Shown in pieces: positions 11,010 to 21,877 of a stretch of DNA of 64,000 bases. The stretch spans positions 576,001 to 640,000 of the forward strand of contig CBDBDR010000017.1 in NCBI GenBank assembly GCA_965203965.1. The letters run 5' to 3'. The position numbers and the translations under genes were made by a program. Position 1 is the stretch's first letter; the number at the start of each line of letters is the position of its first letter. The notes under the pieces are model-generated. The model ran no database searches. It was not told where the DNA came from and saw nothing but the letters and a program-made list of their open reading frames with translations. The DNA comes from Thermodesulfobacteriota bacterium (GTDB taxonomy: Bacteria > Desulfobacterota_D > UBA1144 > Nemesobacterales > JAJCZQ01).

Positions 11010-11348
11010 TTATAGCCCCCTCTTTTCTAACTCAATCGTAATATGACTCATTCTTTTTTTCCTCGGTGTTGCTCTACCCATAGCTCTGGCTTTGTATCTC
11101 TTTAATACCGGACCTCCAGATGCAGTGGCAGTTTTAATGTAAAGATAATCCGTTTCTGAATGCCCTTTTTCAGAAGCATTGGCTACTGCGGATTGCAACA
11201 CTTTCGCAACTATAGGAGAAGATTTTTTCTTCAACCCTGACAGTAAGCTAAAAGCATCTTCAACGTTTTTGCCTCTTACAAGGTCTAATACTAATCTCAC
11301 TTTTTTAGGAGACACTTTCATAAATTTTAAGATAGATCTTGAAACCAT
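11010..11348 (-). CDS. rplV: 50S ribosomal protein L22
   Basis: [25 protein letters not shown]. Confidence 0.97.
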   Translation of the reverse strand: MVSRSILKFMKVSPKKVRLVLDLVRGKNVEDAFSLLSGLKKKSSPIVAKVLQSAVANASEKGHSETDYLYIKTATASGGPVLKRYKARAMGRATPRKKRMSHITIELEKRGL

Positions 11349-11363
11349 AACTCTACTCCGGTG

Positions 11364-11654
11364 CTATTTTCCTTTCATCTTCCTGACTTTTTTATCTCCA
11401 GCAGTGTGTCCATGATAAACTCTGGTTGGAGAAAATTCCCCCAGTTTATGCCCTATCATGTGCTCAGTTACATAGACTGGAATAAATTTCTTTCCATTAT
11501 AAACTCCAAAGGTAAGCCCTATCATCTCGGGAACTATCATGGAAGATCTTGACCACGTCTTTATGATCCGAGAGCTGTCAGAACTCTTTTGCAATTCAAC
11601 TTTTTTCATCAGCTTTGGTTCAACATATATTCCCTTTTTACTTGATCTTGGCAT
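11364..11654 (-). CDS. rpsS: 30S ribosomal protein S19
   Basis: [18 protein letters not shown]. Confidence 0.98.
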   Translation of the reverse strand: MPRSSKKGIYVEPKLMKKVELQKSSDSSRIIKTWSRSSMIVPEMIGLTFGVYNGKKFIPVYVTEHMIGHKLGEFSPTRVYHGHTAGDKKVRKMKGK

Positions 11655-11663
11655 ATCTACTCC

Positions 11664-12506
11664 TTAATCCATTCCGTAACCGACTCGTCTTGGCTTGACC
11701 ACGTATTTGTCCGTCTTCTTATTTTTTCTTGTTTTGTAGCCTATGGTTATCCAACCCCACGGAGATACAGGATGTGGATTACCCTTGGTTGCTTTACCTT
11801 CTCCACCACCATGCGGATGATCTACCGGATTCATCGCCACGCCTCTTACGTGTGGCCTTTTACCCATGTATCTGCTCCTTCCTGCTTTACCCAGTTTAAC
11901 AAGTTGATGTTCCGAATTTCCCACTCGCCCAATGGTGGCATTACACTTGATGTGTACTAATCTGATTTCACCCGAACTCAGTTTAATTTGAGCATAATCT
12001 CCTTCCTTTGCATTAATCTGGGCATATCCTCCTGCTGACCTTACAAGTTTAGCTCCCCCACCCGGTCTTAATTCAATGTTATGAATTATTGTCCCAACAG
12101 GAATTTTCTCTATGGGCAAAGAATTTCCCACTTGAATCTCAGAATTTGGACCTGAAGTAACAATATCTCCGACCTTTAAACCTTCTGTAGCTAATATATA
12201 CCTCTTTTCACCGTCTCTATAATGAAGCAAGGCTATTATTGCAGATCTGTACGGATCATACTCTATTGAAGCAACCTTAGCCGGGACGTCATGTTTATCT
12301 CTTTTAAAGTCAATTATTCTATATAACTTTTTATGCCCACCTCCCCTGTTATAACTTGTAATTCTCCCATGAGAATTCCTGCCCGATTTTTTGTTGATCG
12401 AAACGGTTAGAGACTTTTCCGGACTATTTTTTGTTATTTCTGCAAAGTCCTGCCCAGATCTGAATCTGGTTCCGGCAGTTTTGGGTTTGTATTTTTTTAT
12501 TCCCAT
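11664..12506 (-). CDS. rplB: 50S ribosomal protein L2
   Basis: [27 protein letters not shown]. Confidence 0.98.
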   Translation of the reverse strand: MGIKKYKPKTAGTRFRSGQDFAEITKNSPEKSLTVSINKKSGRNSHGRITSYNRGGGHKKLYRIIDFKRDKHDVPAKVASIEYDPYRSAIIALLHYRDGEKRYILATEGLKVGDIVTSGPNSEIQVGNSLPIEKIPVGTIIHNIELRPGGGAKLVRSAGGYAQINAKEGDYAQIKLSSGEIRLVHIKCNATIGRVGNSEHQLVKLGKAGRSRYMGKRPHVRGVAMNPVDHPHGGGEGKATKGNPHPVSPWGWITIGYKTRKNKKTDKYVVKPRRVGYGMD

Positions 12507-12508
12507 AT

Positions 12509-12796
12509 CTAGATGCCTTCAAAAAACTCTATGGTGCCTTCTTTTAATTTGATATACGCTTTTTTCACTGCTGATTGTTTTCCGACCTTCCTTCCAAACC
12601 TCTTTATAACTTTACCTGGGGTTATCAGCGTTCTTACTTTTTCAACCTTTACTTTGAAAACCTTTTCTATGGAGTCTTTGATCTGATGCTTTGTAGCTTT
12701 TCTGTCAAAAGAAAAAACATACCAACTTAACTCCTTTAATTCAGTTGTTTTTTCAGTTAGCAGAGGATTTTTTATTATATTTCTGTAATCTTTCAA
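12509..12796 (-). CDS. rplW: 50S ribosomal protein L23
   Basis: PLLTEK, KKAYIKL; TTG start. Confidence 0.96.
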   Translation of the reverse strand: MKDYRNIIKNPLLTEKTTELKELSWYVFSFDRKATKHQIKDSIEKVFKVKVEKVRTLITPGKVIKRFGRKVGKQSAVKKAYIKLKEGTIEFFEGI

Positions 12797-13416
12797 CTTA
12801 CAAGCACCTCTTGAATTTTCTCCAGAGAACCTTTTGTCATTACCAAATATTTGAAATTCAATAAATCGTAAACGTTCAAACCACCACCCCTTAAAACTTT
12901 CACATTTTTTAGGTTATTTGCCGATTTCTCTAAATTTTCATTTTTTTCATCTACTAATATAAGGCATTCAGTAATATCAAACTTTTTCATAAAACTGGAC
13001 ACTTGTTTGGTCTTGACCTCTGAAAGATCAAAATTATCAAGAACATATATCTCATTTTCATTGTATTTATGCGACAGTGCAGATTGGATAGCCTGTTTCC
13101 TAACTTTTTTGGGAATAGAAAAAGACCAATCCTTTGGCTTCGGACCAAAAATAACCCCACCCCCTCTCCATAGTGGTGATCTGTTAGAACCACTTCTTGC
13201 TCTGCCTGAACCTTTTTGCTTCCAAGGTTTTTTACCACCTCCACTTACTTCTCCTTTGGTTTTTGTGGAAGCAGACCCTGAACGTCTGGAGGCAAGCTGC
13301 CATCTTACAACTAAATGTATAAGCGCTTCTTTAATCGGACACTCGAATATCTCTGACTTGAGTTCGACATGTCCGGTGTTTTTTTTCTCCAAGTCATAAA
13401 CTTCAACTTGTGGCAA
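12793..13416 (-). CDS. rplD: 50S ribosomal protein L4
   Basis: GGKKPWKQKGSGRAR, GGGVIFGP; TTG start. Confidence 0.98.
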   Translation of the reverse strand: MPQVEVYDLEKKNTGHVELKSEIFECPIKEALIHLVVRWQLASRRSGSASTKTKGEVSGGGKKPWKQKGSGRARSGSNRSPLWRGGGVIFGPKPKDWSFSIPKKVRKQAIQSALSHKYNENEIYVLDNFDLSEVKTKQVSSFMKKFDITECLILVDEKNENLEKSANNLKNVKVLRGGGLNVYDLLNFKYLVMTKGSLEKIQEVLVS

Positions 13417-14055
13417 TTATCTATCTCCTTTTTTTGAAATCAGCTTTAAAAATAACTTCCCACCATTGGGTCCGGGAACTGATCCTTTAACTGCAATCAA
13501 ATTTTTTTCTGGGTTTACACTAACTACTTCAGCACTCCGTACAGTCATATTCTCCCCTCCCATTCTTCCCGCCATTTTTATTCCTTTGAAAACCCTGCCA
13601 GGATAAGAAGCCTGACCAATTGACCCCGGTCTTCTATGAGCCATGCCTCCGTGTGAATTAGGTCCGCCTCTGAACCCATACCTCTTCATCGTGCCAGAAA
13701 AACCCTTGCCCTTGCTTACACCTGTAATATCCAATATATCCCCCGAATTAAAAATATCGGCTTTAATTTGGTCCCCCAGTTTGTAATCCTCAACCTTTTC
13801 AATTTTAAATTCTTTCAGAGTTTTCAATAAAGGAGTTTTTGATTTCTTAAAATGCCCTGTCATAGCTTTGTTAAAACCTTGAGGTTTCCCTTCACTAAAA
13901 CCTAACTGAATGGCTCCGTAACCGTTTTTTTCTATTGTTTTTTTTGACACAACATAACAAGGCCCAGCCTCTATCAAAGTTGCTACGACCATAACAGATT
14001 CTTCATTGAAAAACTGTGTCATACCGATCTTTTTTCCAATTATGCCTTGAATCAT
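13417..14055 (-). CDS. rplC: 50S ribosomal protein L3
   Basis: GKKIGMTQ, SKGKGF, HRRPGSIG, KGSVPG. Confidence 0.98.
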   Translation of the reverse strand: MIQGIIGKKIGMTQFFNEESVMVVATLIEAGPCYVVSKKTIEKNGYGAIQLGFSEGKPQGFNKAMTGHFKKSKTPLLKTLKEFKIEKVEDYKLGDQIKADIFNSGDILDITGVSKGKGFSGTMKRYGFRGGPNSHGGMAHRRPGSIGQASYPGRVFKGIKMAGRMGGENMTVRSAEVVSVNPEKNLIAVKGSVPGPNGGKLFLKLISKKGDR

Positions 14056-14060
14056 AAAAA

Positions 14061-14381
14061 TCAGGTTCCCGTTAATTTAATTTCTACTTCAACTCCTGAA
14101 GCTAAATTCAGTTTCATTAACTCGTCGATCGTTTGCTGAGTTGGCTCAAGTATATAAACCAACCTTTTGTGTGTTCTTATTTCAAAATGCTCTCTTGAAT
14201 TTTTATTAACATGAGGTGAGCGTAATACACAGTATCTACTTATTTTAGTTGGTATGGGAACAGGTCCCGATATTCTTGCACCGGTTCGCTTGGCTGTATC
14301 AACTATTTCTACTGTAGATCTATCCAACAGTTTATGATCAAAAGATTTTAATTTTATTCTTATTTTGGAAGCTGCACTCAT
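14061..14381 (-). CDS. rpsJ: 30S ribosomal protein S10
   Basis: [23 protein letters not shown]. Confidence 0.98.
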   Translation of the reverse strand: MSAASKIRIKLKSFDHKLLDRSTVEIVDTAKRTGARISGPVPIPTKISRYCVLRSPHVNKNSREHFEIRTHKRLVYILEPTQQTIDELMKLNLASGVEVEIKLTGT

Positions 14382-14396
14382 ATAATCACCTGGGTT

Positions 14397-15581
14397 TTAT
14401 TCTATAATTCCTGTAACTACGCCGGCACCTACAGTTCTTCCCCCTTCTCTTATCGCAAACCTCAACTGCTCATCCATCGCAACAGGACTTATCAACTCTA
14501 CCTCCATGTTTATATTGTCTCCAGGCATTACCATCTCTACTCCTTCTGGTAATTTTATACTCCCCGTTACATCTGTTGTCCTAAAATAAAACTGCGGACG
14601 ATATCCAGGAAAAAACGGCGTATGCCTCCCCCCTTCCTCCTTCTTCAACACATATACCTCTGCATTAAATCTCTTGTGCGGCGTTATCGAACCAGGTGCA
14701 GACAACACCTGCCCTCGCTCCACTTCATCCTTCCCTATGCCTCGCAGCAACACTCCTACATTATCTCCTGCCTGCGCATCATCAAGTATCTTACGAAACA
14801 TCTCCAAACTCGTAGCTACCGTCTTGTGTGTCTCCCTAAACCCCACTATCTCTATACCATCTCCTGCTACTATCTTGCCTCGCTCTACCCTTCCTGTTAC
14901 TACCGTCCCCCTCCCTGATATTGTAAACACATCCTCTATCGCCATCAAAAACGGCCTATCCAAATCTCGCTCCGGCTCCGGTATATAATTATCAACACTC
15001 CCCATTAACTCCTTTATCTTCTCCTCATACTCCTCTTCCCCTTCCAACGCCTTTAGTGCACTTACCTTAACCACCGGAACCTCATCCCCAGGAAATTCAT
15101 ACTGACTCAACAACTCTCTCACTTCTAATTCCACTAAATCTAACAACTCTTCATCATCTAACATATCTACCTTGTTCAAGGCAACTACCATATACGGCAC
15201 CCCTACCTGCTTCGCCAACAATATATGCTCTCTTGTCTGAGGCATCGGCCCATCTGGTGCACTCACCACTAATATCGCACCATCCATCTGCGCTGCTCCC
15301 GTTATCATGTTCTTTACATAATCCGCATGTCCCGGACAATCCACGTGCGCATAATGCCTACCATCTGTCTCATATTCCACGTGCGCTATGCTTATCGTTA
15401 TCCCCCGCTCCCTCTCCTCAGGTGCCTTGTCTATATTCTCAAACTCTACAAACTCTGCTTGCCCTTGCTTAGATAATACCTTAGTTATTGCCGCCGTTAA
15501 CGTCGTCTTACCATGATCCACATGTCCTATTGTCCCTATGTTTAAATGAGGCTTCCCTCTCTCAAATCTCTCCTTGGACAT
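14397..15581 (-). CDS. tuf: elongation factor Tu
   Basis: [32 protein letters not shown]. Confidence 0.99.
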   Translation of the reverse strand: MSKERFERGKPHLNIGTIGHVDHGKTTLTAAITKVLSKQGQAEFVEFENIDKAPEERERGITISIAHVEYETDGRHYAHVDCPGHADYVKNMITGAAQMDGAILVVSAPDGPMPQTREHILLAKQVGVPYMVVALNKVDMLDDEELLDLVELEVRELLSQYEFPGDEVPVVKVSALKALEGEEEYEEKIKELMGSVDNYIPEPERDLDRPFLMAIEDVFTISGRGTVVTGRVERGKIVAGDGIEIVGFRETHKTVATSLEMFRKILDDAQAGDNVGVLLRGIGKDEVERGQVLSAPGSITPHKRFNAEVYVLKKEEGGRHTPFFPGYRPQFYFRTTDVTGSIKLPEGVEMVMPGDNINMEVELISPVAMDEQLRFAIREGGRTVGAGVVTGIIE

Positions 15582-15780
15582 CCTTTATTCCCTCCTATCT
15601 CTTATCTCTATCCTTTACTCTCTTCCTCTTTCCTACATACCCACACTGCAAGTGAACCTCTTATTATTATCACACCTATTATTATTGTCAAAGAATAATA
15701 GGTCATTTCCTTATATTCACATTCATTATGTTTTTTATCAGGATAACCTGACCTACAGTTAAGTAAGAGAGAGTATATAT

Positions 15781-15820
15781 GCTTTTATTTTTAAGTTAAT
15801 GCTTTTATTTTTAAGTTAAT
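15781..15820. repeat. perfect 20-bp tandem duplication (GCTTTTATTTTTAAGTTAAT x2)
   Basis: Read directly; lies in the divergent tuf/ffs intergenic region. Confidence 0.9.
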
Positions 15821-15941
15821 TTATAACTATTGAAATTCAACGTAAGTTGCCACTAATCAATAAAATTCTATTTGATAAAAACTACTACATAAATAGTGGT
15901 GTTCCATGTAGAATACACCCTCAAAGATTGATAGAAAAAAT

Positions 15942-16046
<105 letters not shown>

Positions 16047-16060
16047 TCAATTCACAAATC

Positions 16061-17665
16061 ATGTCATATCTAGTTCTAGCAAGAAAATGGAGACCAAAAA
16101 CATTCAGCGATGTTACAGGTCAACGTTATATAACTATTGCATTGAAAAACGCTATAACTTCCGGAAAACTTGCCCACGCTCTTATATTCTCTGGTCCCAG
16201 AGGCGTTGGCAAAACAACCACTGCCAGAATAGTAGCCAAAGCCCTTAACTGCATTAACTTGGAAAATGAAAAATTGACGTGTGAAAACGGAGACCACACT
16301 TGTTCATTCTGCTCCGAAATATCAGAGGGCAGATGTGTTGATGTATTAGAAATAGACGCTGCATCTCATACAGGTGTGGACGACGTAAGGGAAATAACGG
16401 AAAACGTAAAATACCTCCCGGGTTCTGCAAAAAAGAAGGTTTATATAATTGATGAAGCACACATGCTGTCTCAATCGGCTTTTAATGCACTTTTGAAAAC
16501 GCTTGAAGAGCCTCCCGATCACGTACTTTTTATACTTGCAACCACGGAATCACACAAAATTCCAGCAACTATCCGGTCAAGATGCCAGAGTTATGATTTC
16601 AAAAAACTCTCAATAAACGAAATAAAGTCACAGCTTGAGCAAATCTCAGAATTTGAAGAGGTATCAATAGATCAACAAACGCTGATCACAATATCCAAAG
16701 AAGCTGACGGGAGTATAAGAGACGCACTGAGTATAATGGATCAGCTAATGGCAACATTCGGTAGCAATATCAGTTACGATGAAACTCTCAACGCACTGGG
16801 GCTTTTGGATAAAACCCATTTGTATGAACTGTTAAAAGGCATAATAGAAAAAAAAACCAGTAGATCAATTGAAACACTGAAGCATATAACCAGTCGGGGA
16901 ATAATACACAAAAGGATTGCAGACGACCTTGTAAACATGCTGAGAAATTCTCTCTTCATAAAAATCTGCGGAGATGAATTGGATATGGAATTAACCGACG
17001 ACGATATTAAAAATATTAAAAACCTTGTCTCCGGCAAGAGTGCAGAGGATATTGAGTTGCTCTTCAGTCTCGCAATTGAAAATGCCGATAGTGTGCACAG
17101 GTCATACTTCCCTGATCTTGCTCTGGAATCAATGATTATAAAGCTTGCCTCAATTGATACTACGATACCAATAAACCAGATTATGGAAAAAATAGAGAAT
17201 CTCTCTGTGGCTCTCAATAACAACACTATCCAGAACAAAAAAGTAAATGTTGCACCAACAATTCAATCCACTCAAAAAGAAACAGTTAACGATGAAGAGA
17301 AAACGGAGGAAAAAATTTTTGATACATTCACCTCTTTTATTAAAAGCCAAAATACAATATTGGGATTGTATTTGGAAAAATCAGATTCAATAACCAGAGA
17401 TGAAAAAACTCTTAAAATTGTATTTAACGACAATTCAATCAGTTTTGAAAAAATAAGTAAAAAAGACTCACTGAACAACCTGAAATCATTAGCCAGTGAT
17501 TTTTATAAGACTGAAATGAATGTCAGGGTTGAATTAAGCGACGGACAAGCATCAGCTAAACACAGTGAAAATAGGCTCGTCACAAGAGATGAAAAAACTA
17601 CGGCAGACAACCGTGTTTTCAAAGAGGCAATAAAAATTTTTGATGGAAAGATAGTTAAAAATTAG
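16061..17665 (+). CDS. dnaX: DNA polymerase III subunit gamma/tau
   Basis: LARKWRP, GPRGVGKTT, IIDEAHML, LKTLEEPP, SRCQ. Confidence 0.97.
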   Translation: MSYLVLARKWRPKTFSDVTGQRYITIALKNAITSGKLAHALIFSGPRGVGKTTTARIVAKALNCINLENEKLTCENGDHTCSFCSEISEGRCVDVLEIDAASHTGVDDVREITENVKYLPGSAKKKVYIIDEAHMLSQSAFNALLKTLEEPPDHVLFILATTESHKIPATIRSRCQSYDFKKLSINEIKSQLEQISEFEEVSIDQQTLITISKEADGSIRDALSIMDQLMATFGSNISYDETLNALGLLDKTHLYELLKGIIEKKTSRSIETLKHITSRGIIHKRIADDLVNMLRNSLFIKICGDELDMELTDDDIKNIKNLVSGKSAEDIELLFSLAIENADSVHRSYFPDLALESMIIKLASIDTTIPINQIMEKIENLSVALNNNTIQNKKVNVAPTIQSTQKETVNDEEKTEEKIFDTFTSFIKSQNTILGLYLEKSDSITRDEKTLKIVFNDNSISFEKISKKDSLNNLKSLASDFYKTEMNVRVELSDGQASAKHSENRLVTRDEKTTADNRVFKEAIKIFDGKIVKN

Positions 17666-17679
17666 AAGGTCATCCAACA

Positions 17680-18513
17680 TTAAATGAACTTTCTATTTTT
17701 ATTTATTCTCTCATATTCTTTTACTATCCTACTTAGAGTGGAGTAGTGTAAGGAAAAATAATCAGCCAATTGTTTAAGAGTGTAATCACCGCTCAGATAT
17801 GCTTTTGAAATTGCTGCCTCTCTGGAATTAGAGGAATCTACATACTGCTGAATTGGAACAGATCTCTGTATCTTTGGGATCTCTCTCATATCCTTTTTAT
17901 TATCAATATGGTTTAGCATTTCGGTTATAAAATCCTCATCGCCTAAGAATATCTGCTTTCTTACCTGCTCTAAAACGTTTTCCTCTGAATCTGTAATTGC
18001 TGAAAATTCTGATTTGAAATCATCAAAGAGGCTTTCTACATAATCTTTACTGAACCAGTAGGGACACTCTTCCCTGTCAAACAGATACTTACAACTGCTC
18101 CACTTGAACTGATAGGGAGAAGAAACAAATCCTGACTTCACTGGACGGAATAAAATATATTTAATTAAATCTGTAAGGTATTTGTTCTTTTGAACCAGAA
18201 CTGCTTTGTATCGCCCCTGAAAAATATGACCAACTCTGTTATGCTCCCTGTTAAATTTCTGGGTATAAATCCCGTTCAACTGCCTCATTCCTCTGGATAG
18301 ATTAGGATTTGGTGTTTCAACTACAATCATGTAGTAGTTACCCATAAGACAATATGAATAACAGACCCAGCCAAATCTCCCGCAAACATTTTCAAAAATT
18401 TCCAACCATGCTTCAGCATCCTCGGGCTTCAAAAACACATTCTGTAAAGCATTGCCTTTGGTAATAATAAAATAAACTGCACCGGGTAACTCAATTCTTA
18501 ATGAACGTGCCAT
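17680..18513 (-). CDS. RAYT/Y1-transposase-like protein with C-terminal HTH; HUH motif degenerate
   Basis: MARSLRIELPGAVY..., GMRQLNGIYTQKFNR, GHIFQGRYKA, C-terminal YTLKQLADYFSLHYSTLSR; the expected NHxH reads NYYM. Confidence 0.85.
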   Translation of the reverse strand: MARSLRIELPGAVYFIITKGNALQNVFLKPEDAEAWLEIFENVCGRFGWVCYSYCLMGNYYMIVVETPNPNLSRGMRQLNGIYTQKFNREHNRVGHIFQGRYKAVLVQKNKYLTDLIKYILFRPVKSGFVSSPYQFKWSSCKYLFDREECPYWFSKDYVESLFDDFKSEFSAITDSEENVLEQVRKQIFLGDEDFITEMLNHIDNKKDMREIPKIQRSVPIQQYVDSSNSREAAISKAYLSGDYTLKQLADYFSLHYSTLSRIVKEYERINKNRKFI

Positions 18514-18546
18514 AATCGTATATTCTAGCCAATATTAAAATTAACA

Positions 18547-18560
18547 CAAGACTTGACCCC
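18547..18560 (-). mobile_element. possible residual element end GGGGTCAAGTCTTG upstream of the RAYT-like gene
   Basis: Resembles the GGGGTCAGGTCTTG-type motif I recall flanking this gene family; not verified by search. Confidence 0.4.
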
Positions 18561-18652
18561 TAAAATATGTTTCAGATATTTAAATCCCAATCAATGTGTT
18601 TTAAAAGCATTCCTTTTATCCGAAACTTTCTGAAAGAAACACCAAATGTTAT

Positions 18653-19486
18653 TCAACTTTTATCTCTCATATCTTTCAGTAGCTTTATATCAGCAGCAAC
18701 TTGGTTGGGTGGGTTTTCAACAATAAGGTTTAAATGCCTTAGACTCTCGTTTCCAATAATTGCTTCAAATCCCCCCAAACCTATTTTACCTTCACCTATA
18801 AGTTCATGCCTGTCTTTTTTCCCACCCAAACCCACTTTTGAATCATTACCATGAATTAACTTCAGTTTGTCCATTCCAAATGTTTTTTCCACCTGATCAA
18901 GTGTCCTATTTAACTCCTTGTCATCTCTGAGGTCGTAACCTGCTGCAAACACATGTGCAGTATCAAAACAAACACCCAGTTCACTGTTATCAACGATATC
19001 CAGTATTTGAGCAAGTTCCTCAAATTTATCACCAATCGTATCACCCTGCCCTGCTGAGTTTTCCAGTAGCAGTTTCGCGGTTCCATTGTATCCTTCCAAT
19101 ATCCTCAGAATAGAATCAGCAACCCTGATAACTGATCTCTGGCGTGTCATTTCTTTTGAACTTCCAAGATGGGTCATTACATATTTTGCTTTGAGCAATG
19201 ATGACCTATCTAAATCTTTGCTGATAATTCCTATTGAATTGCTTCTTACTTCTTCATCAATGGAAGCTAAGTTAATAAAGTAAGGAGTGTGAACATAGTA
19301 GCTACTCAACCTATATTTTGAACAATCCGACAAAAATTTCCCAATTACATTATCACTTAACACGGGGGCTTTGCCTCCCCGTGGGGATCTTGTGAAGATC
19401 TGAAAGCACTCACAGCCCAGATCAAAAGCCCTGCTTGGTACTTTCTCAACTCCACCTGCAATTGACACATGGCTTCCAAAATACAT
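18653..19486 (-). CDS. nfo: endonuclease IV
   Basis: GSHVSIAGG, HTPYFINLAS, LENSAG, DTAH, HGNDSK, DRH. Confidence 0.95.
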   Translation of the reverse strand: MYFGSHVSIAGGVEKVPSRAFDLGCECFQIFTRSPRGGKAPVLSDNVIGKFLSDCSKYRLSSYYVHTPYFINLASIDEEVRSNSIGIISKDLDRSSLLKAKYVMTHLGSSKEMTRQRSVIRVADSILRILEGYNGTAKLLLENSAGQGDTIGDKFEELAQILDIVDNSELGVCFDTAHVFAAGYDLRDDKELNRTLDQVEKTFGMDKLKLIHGNDSKVGLGGKKDRHELIGEGKIGLGGFEAIIGNESLRHLNLIVENPPNQVAADIKLLKDMRDKS

Positions 19487-19585
19487 TGGCGTTGTGGTTA
19501 AAACAAAACGTTCACTGTCAAAATTTATTTATTAAGATATAGTATCCAGAAATTTTTTCCCGTGATAAGGGTGAAAAGATAAATT

Positions 19586-20134
19586 ATGATCCCCGACAAA
19601 GCATTTATTACAAAGGGCGTTGGTAAGCACAAAGAAAAGTTAACCAGTTTTGAGATGGCACTCAGAAACGCCGGCATTGCTTCATTCAATCTTGTAAAAG
19701 TTTCCAGTATATTTCCCCCGTATTGCAAGCTGATTTCCAGAGATAACGGTTTAACCATGTTATCACCCGGACAGGTTGTTTATGTTGTTATGAGTGAAAA
19801 CTCAACAAATGAGCCAAACCGTCTTATTGCTGCATCTGCAGGGTTGGCTATTCCAAAAAATCAAAAATATCATGGCTATATCTCGGAGCACCATAGTTTT
19901 GGACAAAAAGAGACGGTAGCAGGAGATTATGCCGAAGATCTGGCTGCATATATGCTTGCAACAACTCTTGGTGCCATGTTTGACCCGGACAAAAGCTATG
20001 ATGAACAAAAAGATATCTGGGAGATCAGCGGACACAAGGTCAAATCAAGAAACATCACTCAAACAGCAGTTGGCGATAAGAACAGTTTATGGACAACCGT
20101 GATAGCTGCCGTGGTATTTTGCAGCTATAGGTAA
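19586..20134 (+). CDS. pdaD: pyruvoyl-dependent arginine decarboxylase
   Basis: SFEMALRNAGI, NLVKVSSIFPP self-cleavage motif, GYISEHH. Confidence 0.9.
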   Translation: MIPDKAFITKGVGKHKEKLTSFEMALRNAGIASFNLVKVSSIFPPYCKLISRDNGLTMLSPGQVVYVVMSENSTNEPNRLIAASAGLAIPKNQKYHGYISEHHSFGQKETVAGDYAEDLAAYMLATTLGAMFDPDKSYDEQKDIWEISGHKVKSRNITQTAVGDKNSLWTTVIAAVVFCSYR

Positions 20135-20146
20135 GAACTGTCCCGT

Positions 20147-21808
20147 TCAAGAAGCCTTGGACAACATTTCCCTCGCTGCTTCAAGTGTTTTTTCAGTAAT
20201 GTTTTTTCCCGTAAGCATTCTGCCTATCTCTTCAATTCTTTCCTCATCATTCAATCTGTTGATTACCACGTTTGTGCGATCATTCTCAACAAATTTTGAC
20301 ACTTTAAAATGAGTTTTGGCAAACTTTGCTACTTGAGGCAGATGCGTTATGCAGATGACTTGGTTGTTTTCAGATAAACCTTTAATTTTCTTCCCTATGG
20401 TTTCTGCTGTAACACCACCGATACCTGAATCAATTTCGTCAAATATTAATATTGATCCTATCTCTTTATTTGAAAGAATATCTTTTAAAAGAAGCATTAT
20501 TCTTGATAATTCCCCTCCTGATGCAACTTTGACCAGAGGTTTTGGAACCTCATCAGGATTTGCTGAGAATAAAAAGGAGATCTTGTCAATACCATCAGGA
20601 GAAGTAGGTTTTTCTTGCATTTCCACTTTCAGAACTGCACCTTTAAGCCCCAGGTGTTTAGACTCTTCAGCAAAAAAGCACATGAGTCTTTCAGATGCCT
20701 CTTTTCTTTTCAAAGAAAGCTGTTTTGCTAAAGAATCTAACTTGGTGAACAACTGTTCACGTTGTTGCTTCAATTGGTCAACTGTATCATCCCAGTTTGC
20801 TAAATCTGAGAGCTCTTGGGATATTTTTTCTCTTTTTCCCAGTATTTCTTCAACTGTTCCACCATATTTTCTCTTTATGCCATTGATCTCCGCTATTCGG
20901 CTGTTGATTTCTTCCAGCCTTTCGGGGTTAAATTCCATTCTGGATAAATAGTCATTCAGTTTGAAAGAAACATTTTCAAGCTCAAATATAATTGATTTCA
21001 CTGAATCGTTAAGTTCGCTCAAGCCTGGATCTATTTCACCCAGTTCTTCAATCTCTTTGGACACGTTTTTAACCGTGTCATATGCTGACGATCCTGATTC
21101 GTAAATTGCACTGTATGAACGGCTTAAATAACTGCTTATTTTCTCAACATTGGAAAGTATTTTTTCCTCTTGCACAAGCTTTTCTTCTTCCCCTTTTTGC
21201 AGGCTTGCGTCGTCCAACTCGTTGAGTTGATATTTTAAATATTCTCCTTTTCCAAATTGATCTTTTGCTTTTACAAGCAATCTCTCAAGCTCTTTATCGG
21301 TATTCAAATATTGGTAATATGAACTTTTGCACTCTTCAAGTAACGATATATTGTCCGAGTAAGAATCCAGAAACTTCAAGTGATTGTTTGGTTTTATTAA
21401 TGACTGATGCTCATGCTGACTGAAGGTGTCAACCAGATTAGTTGTTAGGTCGGCAAGTACGCTCAAGGTAGCCATACTACCGTTAATAAAAACTTTGCTC
21501 CTCCCTTCAATCGGAATCAATCTTCTGATAACGAGTTGTCCATCATTTGCACTAAATCCTCGTTCTTCCAACTTTTCTACAATCCAATTGCTATTGTTTA
21601 TATCAAACAAGGCTTCTACCATTGCCTGTTTCTTTCCCGTCTTTACAATATCTGGAGATACCCTATCACCTAAAAGTATGTTGATAGCATCAATAATTAT
21701 GGATTTTCCAGCCCCGGTCTCACCTGTAATTATGTTAAGACCATCTGAAAATTCCACGGTTAAGCTGTCTATTACTGTGTAATCCTTTAGAGAGATCTGA
21801 ACAAGCAT
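20147..21808 (-). CDS. recN: DNA repair protein RecN
   Basis: TGETGAGKS, SGGELSR, FDEID, ITHLPQVA. Confidence 0.97.
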   Translation of the reverse strand: MLVQISLKDYTVIDSLTVEFSDGLNIITGETGAGKSIIIDAINILLGDRVSPDIVKTGKKQAMVEALFDINNSNWIVEKLEERGFSANDGQLVIRRLIPIEGRSKVFINGSMATLSVLADLTTNLVDTFSQHEHQSLIKPNNHLKFLDSYSDNISLLEECKSSYYQYLNTDKELERLLVKAKDQFGKGEYLKYQLNELDDASLQKGEEEKLVQEEKILSNVEKISSYLSRSYSAIYESGSSAYDTVKNVSKEIEELGEIDPGLSELNDSVKSIIFELENVSFKLNDYLSRMEFNPERLEEINSRIAEINGIKRKYGGTVEEILGKREKISQELSDLANWDDTVDQLKQQREQLFTKLDSLAKQLSLKRKEASERLMCFFAEESKHLGLKGAVLKVEMQEKPTSPDGIDKISFLFSANPDEVPKPLVKVASGGELSRIMLLLKDILSNKEIGSILIFDEIDSGIGGVTAETIGKKIKGLSENNQVICITHLPQVAKFAKTHFKVSKFVENDRTNVVINRLNDEERIEEIGRMLTGKNITEKTLEAAREMLSKAS

Positions 21809-21877
21809 AACAATTACTTAAAGCATTTTTCAGAACACGAAATTTTGCCCTTCCACGCACGGTTGAATTTTTCAGCC

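Noticed and set aside
16848..16856. A9 run in dnaX as a gamma-subunit slippage site
   Set aside because: At about codon 263, inside the domains that gamma needs; I saw no in-frame A-AAA-AAG site with a hairpin after domain III
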